From Emiliania huxleyi CCMP1516 (Eukaryota), in NCBI RefSeq assembly GCF_000372725.1, contig NW_005201092.1, forward strand, positions 532,564 through 596,563: a stretch of 64,000 bases of DNA, read 5' to 3'. Of the stretch, positions 58,501 to 64,000 are shown piece after piece. Position 1 is the stretch's first letter. Every line of letters begins with the position of its first letter. The notes under the pieces are model-generated. The model had not been told where the DNA came from. It searched no databases and worked only from the letters and a program-made list of their open reading frames with translations. The translations under genes and the position numbers were made by a program.

Positions 58501-60635
58501 CGGGCCTGCCGTCGAAGCTCGTGGAGATGGCGCAGTCCTGGCTCAAGGGCGCGAACCGGCTCACGGGACCGTTTGGGACTCTTGTGGAAGACTTGAGGGA
58601 AAAGCTGCGCAAGCTCGACACCACGGGCCGCATTGACACCGCCCTCTTCCCTCGCCGCACCCCCGTTGGCTTCGAGCTCACGGAGCAGTCGCCCCCCTTG
58701 TCGCCATCCCCGCCACCCTTTGGCGAAGGGTACCGCAGCAAGATCGAAAATCTCGTCGCTAACTTTGTCGAGGAGGGGGAGGCGATCGCGGACTTCCTCG
58801 CAAGGGCGGAGGAGCGGTCGTCGCAGTCGTGGCCGACGCTAAAGAACAGCCTAAGGCACTACTCGACGGCGATGATGGCGATCGACCCGAAGCACAACGG
58901 GCTCCTCAAGGGCAAAGAGATCCTGCCGGTTGTGTTCGGCTCGCGCAGCCTTGTGCGGGTCGACTTCTCGCAGCTCGCTAATGACGAGCCCGAGTCGATC
59001 TTGCACGACTTCCTGCAGGACTTCAAGGAGCTCGTGATCGACTTGCTCGTCTCCTCCGTCGACCAGGCGCTGCAGGTGAACGGCGTCGACACGCAAGATG
59101 TCGTCGTCGAGACCCTCAAGGAGAGCTTCATGACCTGCGACGTCCACGCGCTGCTCGACGAGCGTTTCTCGATCAAGTGCTTCTTCATGCCTAAGCGTTC
59201 GCCGCCCGTCGACCTGCAGAACGGCGACGTTGCGGCGTATTTCAACAAGCTCGCGGCGAAAGAGCGCGTCACGGCGCTGCGCGACAAGGTGCTCAAGAAG
59301 GCGACGGATCAATCAAGCCTCGGCGAGGTGCACGCCCTCATCGAGAACAACCTGGAGACGACGCGCGAGGCGTGGAGGCACCAGCTCGCAACGACGCTGT
59401 CCAAGTTCACGGTCACGCAGTTCGGCTTGCTGATGGCCGACCTGACTGAGGGCCGCAAGCGCATGGGCGGCGGCCTGATCAAGCAGTTGCTCCGCGCCTT
59501 CCTCCAGCACATCGTGCAGACGGACCAGATGAAGTCGAATGCGGCGCTGCGGCGCGAACTCTCGCGCTACATCAACGACTTCCGCCGCCAAAACGCGGCG
59601 CTGCACTCGCTCTGGACGCGGCTCGAGAAGCAGTCCGATCCCGAGGAGCTCGGCAGGGCGGCGGCGCGGCACGTTGACATGCGGCGGCTGCGCGAGGCTG
59701 TCGTGCGCCAGGCCGGGAGTGGCGCCAACCTTGGCAGTCCGGCGCAGAAGATGCCGGCGCTCTCGCTCGTGCGCGAGGACGCGCCGAAGTGGTGGCATCC
59801 TTCCGAGAACTTCTTGCGCGGCGACATGTCCGTCGCCCAGCTCAACGCGCTGAGCGCCGAGATGCTCTCCAAGTACCGGCTCGGCGCGTGCCAGATGAAG
59901 ACGGAGGGGTACGCCTCACTCTTCCACGCCGTCGCGAAGCTCGCGTGGGGTCAGAAGTCGCTGAAGAGCCGCCTCCTGACCTTGAACGACGCGGCGGCGC
60001 AGCTGCGAGCCGTCTGCGCGGCCCAGGTCCTGAATTACTGCGCCAAGAAGGAAGAGCGCAACGCAAAGGTCGCCGGCTTCCTGCACGAGGCCCCGGCGTC
60101 GGACTGGAAGGAGCAGTACATCGCGCTCATCAAGGGCAACTACCCTGGTGACCTCTTCTGCCTGTGGCACCTCGCGTGCCACTACAAGCTCGACTTCTGC
60201 ATCTGGCGCCCGAGCGCCGAGAAGCTGCCGCCGATCCTTGTGACGCAGCGCGACAAGGAGTTGCCGACGGCGGCGCACCATCTCATCGTCACCGCCGACT
60301 CGGACAAGGCTGACGGCACGCCGATTGACCTCTCGACCATCACCCCGTCCGAGTACGAGGCGCAGTGGTGGTTCTTTGCCGACGACCGCAAGGTGCGCTT
60401 CAGCGACGCCAAGGGAAAGGTCCACCTCCTCGCCACGACCGACGACGAGGCCGAGGCGTCGACCAAGGCCCGCCTCGCTGTCCCGAGATCGACCGACGGC
60501 GTGGAGTGGACGTCTCCGTCGAGCTACCGCATCACGGCGGATGTGCCCCCCCCGCGCCCGACCGGAGCCGAGATCCACCACCGACCGGAGCAGCCAACGG
60601 AGGCGGAGAGGGCTTGGAAGAAGGCGCGCCGCTGA
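55554..60635 (+). CDS. Multidomain dynamin-like (Dynamin_N/NUGGC-like) GTPase with N-terminal HhH and BRK-like motifs and two OTU-like domains
   Basis: G1 GDNGVGKST, LLPTG...TT, G3 DLPG, G4-like FLFNRE, long helical stalk; DLRSVAKIGPGLA (HhH); RVAMWNTRTQKKVS...PTEEGAEAWLEKRPHCERY (BRK-like); SSLFDAVSQA...LAEFGGSYHALV and YASLFHAVA...GDLFCLWHLA (OTU-like). Confidence 0.7.
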
Positions 60636-61075
60636 AGCGAGTCAACCCGAGGCGCGGTTTGCGCAGACAGATCCGTGTAGGTTTGGGGGTTGCCATCGCG
60701 TCAGAGCGGTTGTTGTGTGTGTACTGTCTACTGCAAGATTGTGTTGGAGAGCGGCGCGCGCGGAGCACACTGGGAAAGTCGTGAATTCATTAGGCGGCTC
60801 CCGCGTGTGGTCGGTACCTCTGTGTTATTCCGATTCGTTTCCAGTTCCCCGTCCCTGACGAAATCTTTGCGCTCTCCTTTTTACATACATAAATATTGGG
60901 ATACCCCAACAGTGTTGGTTTTTACGCACTGCACTTGGAGCACTTGGAGTGCAGTTATTAACCTCACATCCAGGGCCGAGGAGCTGAGAAGTCGAGAAGC
61001 GCACCCAGCGGGCCGGATGATCGGTGTCGGGTTGCGGGCAAGACGCAAGGCGAATTCTTCAGTGTTAGCAACCCC

Positions 61076-63556
61076 ATGAGCAGCCGTCTCGTCTCGTCCG
61101 CCCGCAAGCTCCTGGCAGGCGGACGCGACCGGCTGTCATCTCTTTCGCGCGAGGAGCTCGTGCACCTGCTGGCGTCCGCTGACCAGCTCCTCGCTCGCGC
61201 CGATGCGCCTGCTGCAGGCGAGAGTGGCGCCGGTGCCAAGCACCCGTTGGAGCCCGCGCCGGCCGAGGCGGCGCCCGGCGCGAGCACCGGGCGAAAGAAG
61301 CGCCGCGGCGAGGCGCGGCCCTTCGACATGAGCCGGTACGGCCAGCGGTGGGTCGCGCTGCGGGTCGCGTACATCGGTACTCGCTACCACGGCATGCAGT
61401 ACGCTGAGGGCGTCGAGACGGTGGAGGGGGTGCTGTTCGAGGCGCTCACAAAGACGAGGCTCATCGCCGACCGGGACAGCTGCGGCTTCTCGCGCGGCGG
61501 CCGCACCGACCGCGGCGTCTCCGCCCTCGGCCAGGTCGTGGCGCTGCGGGTCCGCTCCTCGGTGGTGCCTCCGCCGGCGGCAGAGCCTCCGCCGGCGGCC
61601 TCTGCGGCGGCGGCGGGCGGTGAGAGCGGCGCGGGCGGCGGCGATGCGGCGGCGTCCGGCGACGGCGTAGCGGCTGCACCGGCCGAGGGAGTAGGTGGGG
61701 AGGGGGCAGCTTGCGAGGGAGGAGGAGGGGAGGGCGGGGCAGCCGAGGGCGTGGTGGCGGGGGAGATGGACTACGTGCGTGTGCTCAACCGCGTGCTGCC
61801 GCCCGACGTGCGGGTCGTCTCGTGGGCTCCGGCGCCGGCCGAGCTCTGTTCTTCTCATCTTCTTCTTCTTCTATTCTCATTTAATCGTGATTGTTGTTTT
61901 AGGTGGCGGCGGACTACTTGTACTCTTCTTCTTCTTCTCTCCTTCTTCGTACTCTTATTATTATGATAGGTGGCGGCGGACTTCTCGGCGCGCTTCGACG
62001 CCACGTCGCGGACGTGCCGCGGCCGCTGCTCCGCGGCTGAGGCGAGGCGGGCAGAGGGATGGCTGAGGAGGGCGTGTGGATGAGCAGGTCGCGCGCTACG
62101 CCTCCGTGGTGGCTGATTCGTCGTCGGTTACTAGTTGGCACACTGGGTGACGAGCAGGTACCACTACTTCTTCGCGCGCGGCAAGCTCGACATCGCAGCG
62201 ATGCGCGATGCTGCGCGCCGACTCGTCGGCGAGATGCAGCCGAGATGCAGCCGAGAGACAGCCGAGAGACAGCCGAGAGACAGCCGAGGTGCAGCCGAGG
62301 TGCAGCCGAGAGACAGCCGAGAGACAGCCGAGAGACAGCCGAGGTGCAGCCGAGGTGCAGCCGAGAGACAGCCGAGAGACAGCCGAGAGGCAGCCGAGAG
62401 GCAGCCGAGAGACAGCCGAGAGACAGCCGAGGGTGCAGCCGAGGTAATTGGTGGTTGACTCATGGTGAGCTCAGGCGAGCACGACTACCGCAACTTCTGC
62501 AAGCTCGACCCGAACGTCAGCTCGTTCGTGCGCCGCATCTCCGCCTTCGAGGTGCGGCCTCCCCCCTCCACCTCTGCCTCTCTGCCACATCTCGGCCAGA
62601 TCTCGGCACACCTCCCTGACGCCCGCTCCCCTCGAGCCCCCCCCCCCCCCCCCTCCCCTCTCGGCGAGACCTCCCCCTCCATCTCGGCTGATCTCGCATC
62701 TCCGCCCTCGAGGTGCGGCCAGTCGAACCGCCTCCAGGGACCGTGGGAGGGGCGGGCAGGCGAGGGGCGGGCGAGGGGCGGGCAGGCCTCGCCGGCGAGG
62801 GGCGGGCAGGGGCCGCCGCCGCCGACGACGACGACGAGTGCCCGCTCGCTCCTTGGGTCTTTGTCATCGACGGGTCTGCGTTTCTCTGGCACCAGGCGCG
62901 GCAGCGTGGCCCGTCGCGAGTCGTCAGTAGGTGCGATGAGCCCGCTTGTTGACCCCACCCTCCCGCTCCAGGTGCGGTGCATGGTCGCCACTCTCTTCCT
63001 CGTCGGGTCCGGACGCGAGGCTCCGTCGCTGGTCGACTCGCTGCTCGACGTGCAGCAGTGCCCCGCCCGGCCCTGCTACGACATGGCGCCCGACGCGCCG
63101 CTCCTCCTCCACTCGATCGGCTACCCGGAGGCGCGGCTGCGCTGGACGCCGCATGCCGACGAGTCCCTCTCGGCGGTGGCGGCGCTGTGGCGGCGCGAGG
63201 CGGAGGCGGCCACGCTGCGCTCCGCCATGCTGCTGACCATGCGCTCCTCTCTGCTCAGCGCCAGGGTGGCACGGCCGGCGCCAAGCGACAGGGCCGGCGG
63301 CGGGGCTGGCGGCGGCGAAGGCGGCGGCGGCGGAGGCCGCACGTCGCTAGTGGCGTGGGGGGAGCTGCTTGCCGAGGGCGGCCGCAGCCCGGGCGGGGAG
63401 GAGGCGGGAGCGGCGCGCGGCGGCAAGTACATCCCGGTGCTGCAGCGGCCGACTGCGGACGGCGTCGAGGCGAAGGCGGCGACGCACGAGGCCAAGCGCG
63501 CGAGGCGCGAGGCGCGCCAGCAGGCGGAGGCGGCAGCGGGAGGGACCCGCGACTGA
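61076..63556 (+). CDS. PUS3: tRNA pseudouridine(38/39) synthase, TruA family (PUS3/DEG1-like); multi-exon
   Basis: RWVALRVAYIGTRYHG, TVEGVLFEAL, GRTDRGVSALGQV, LNRVLPPDVRV, FSARF, YHYFF, GEHDYRNFCK, FLWHQVRCMV, YDMAPDAPLLL. Confidence 0.92.
62228..62445. repeat. Intronic minisatellite (cagccgagaga / cagccgaggtg)
   Basis: About 19 tandem 11-mers. Confidence 0.9.
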
Positions 63557-64000
63557 GAGTGTGTACAAAGTCATCGCACCACGGGGCGGGGCGTCAGCCT
63601 CAGTGAGAGCAAAAAGGTGTGCTCGAGCGCGGTGGAGGGTCGATCTCGTTGCGGGCCCGACTTGGTGTGCGACACACTTGTGTGCGATACTCTTTTCACG
63701 TGCTCAAAAGTAAAGCCGTGTTCTAGAGCCGACAGCCGTTCCGCTGGAACTTCACCACACCTGGCTGGCACTATACTCGTACGTAATTATCCCATGCTGC
63801 CTGGCAAGGAGGCCGTTCAGCGCCGGCTCGGTGCGGGCGCCTGAGAGCGTCGTACACATGGCCGGTGGGCCGCAGACAAAGATGATGTGAGCACGTCGGC
63901 CGGGGGCGGCGGCAAGTGTTCGCGCAGGAACGCCGCGTCGATGCGGCCGCGGCGGCTCGTCCAGCTGGACCCCGCCGGCTCTCGCGTCAGCGTGTGCTGC

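Overview
GC-rich eukaryotic genomic DNA with short GT/GC-AG introns, simple-repeat-filled introns and TTAGGG-type repeats. The style is most consistent with a haptophyte alga such as Emiliania/Gephyrocapsa (inference). The window holds about 18 genes or pseudogenes and a dense set of nested mobile elements. Highlights: (1) a giant minus-strand cell-surface protein (CUB-like repeats, beta-helix-like region, Cys-rich repeats, multi-pass TM module) that runs in frame into PH, EF-hand and PI-phospholipase C X-box sequences at the left edge; (2) an NADPH oxidase/ferric reductase whose NADPH-binding domain is split by an IQ-like motif and a 4-helix insert resembling a voltage-sensor/Hv1 proton-channel domain; (3) a GPR155/LYCHOS-like PIN-transporter-7TM fusion with an IQ motif; (4) an HhH-BRK-OTU-like-dynamin-like GTPase-OTU-like protein; (5) a 4-kb fold-back PIF/Harbinger transposon with TAA TSD, a CAG-TSD MITE, Helitron-like repeats and 5'-truncated non-LTR insertions with shared TTCTT targets; (6) many introns built from duplicated exon-junction sequence plus simple repeats. 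Other genes: trypsin, Kelch and ARM F-box-like proteins, glyoxalase, aldo-keto reductase, six-hairpin glycosidase, lipase pseudogene, ATP-grasp-like protein and PUS3/DEG1. All domain calls are by-eye motif recognition; no searches were run.
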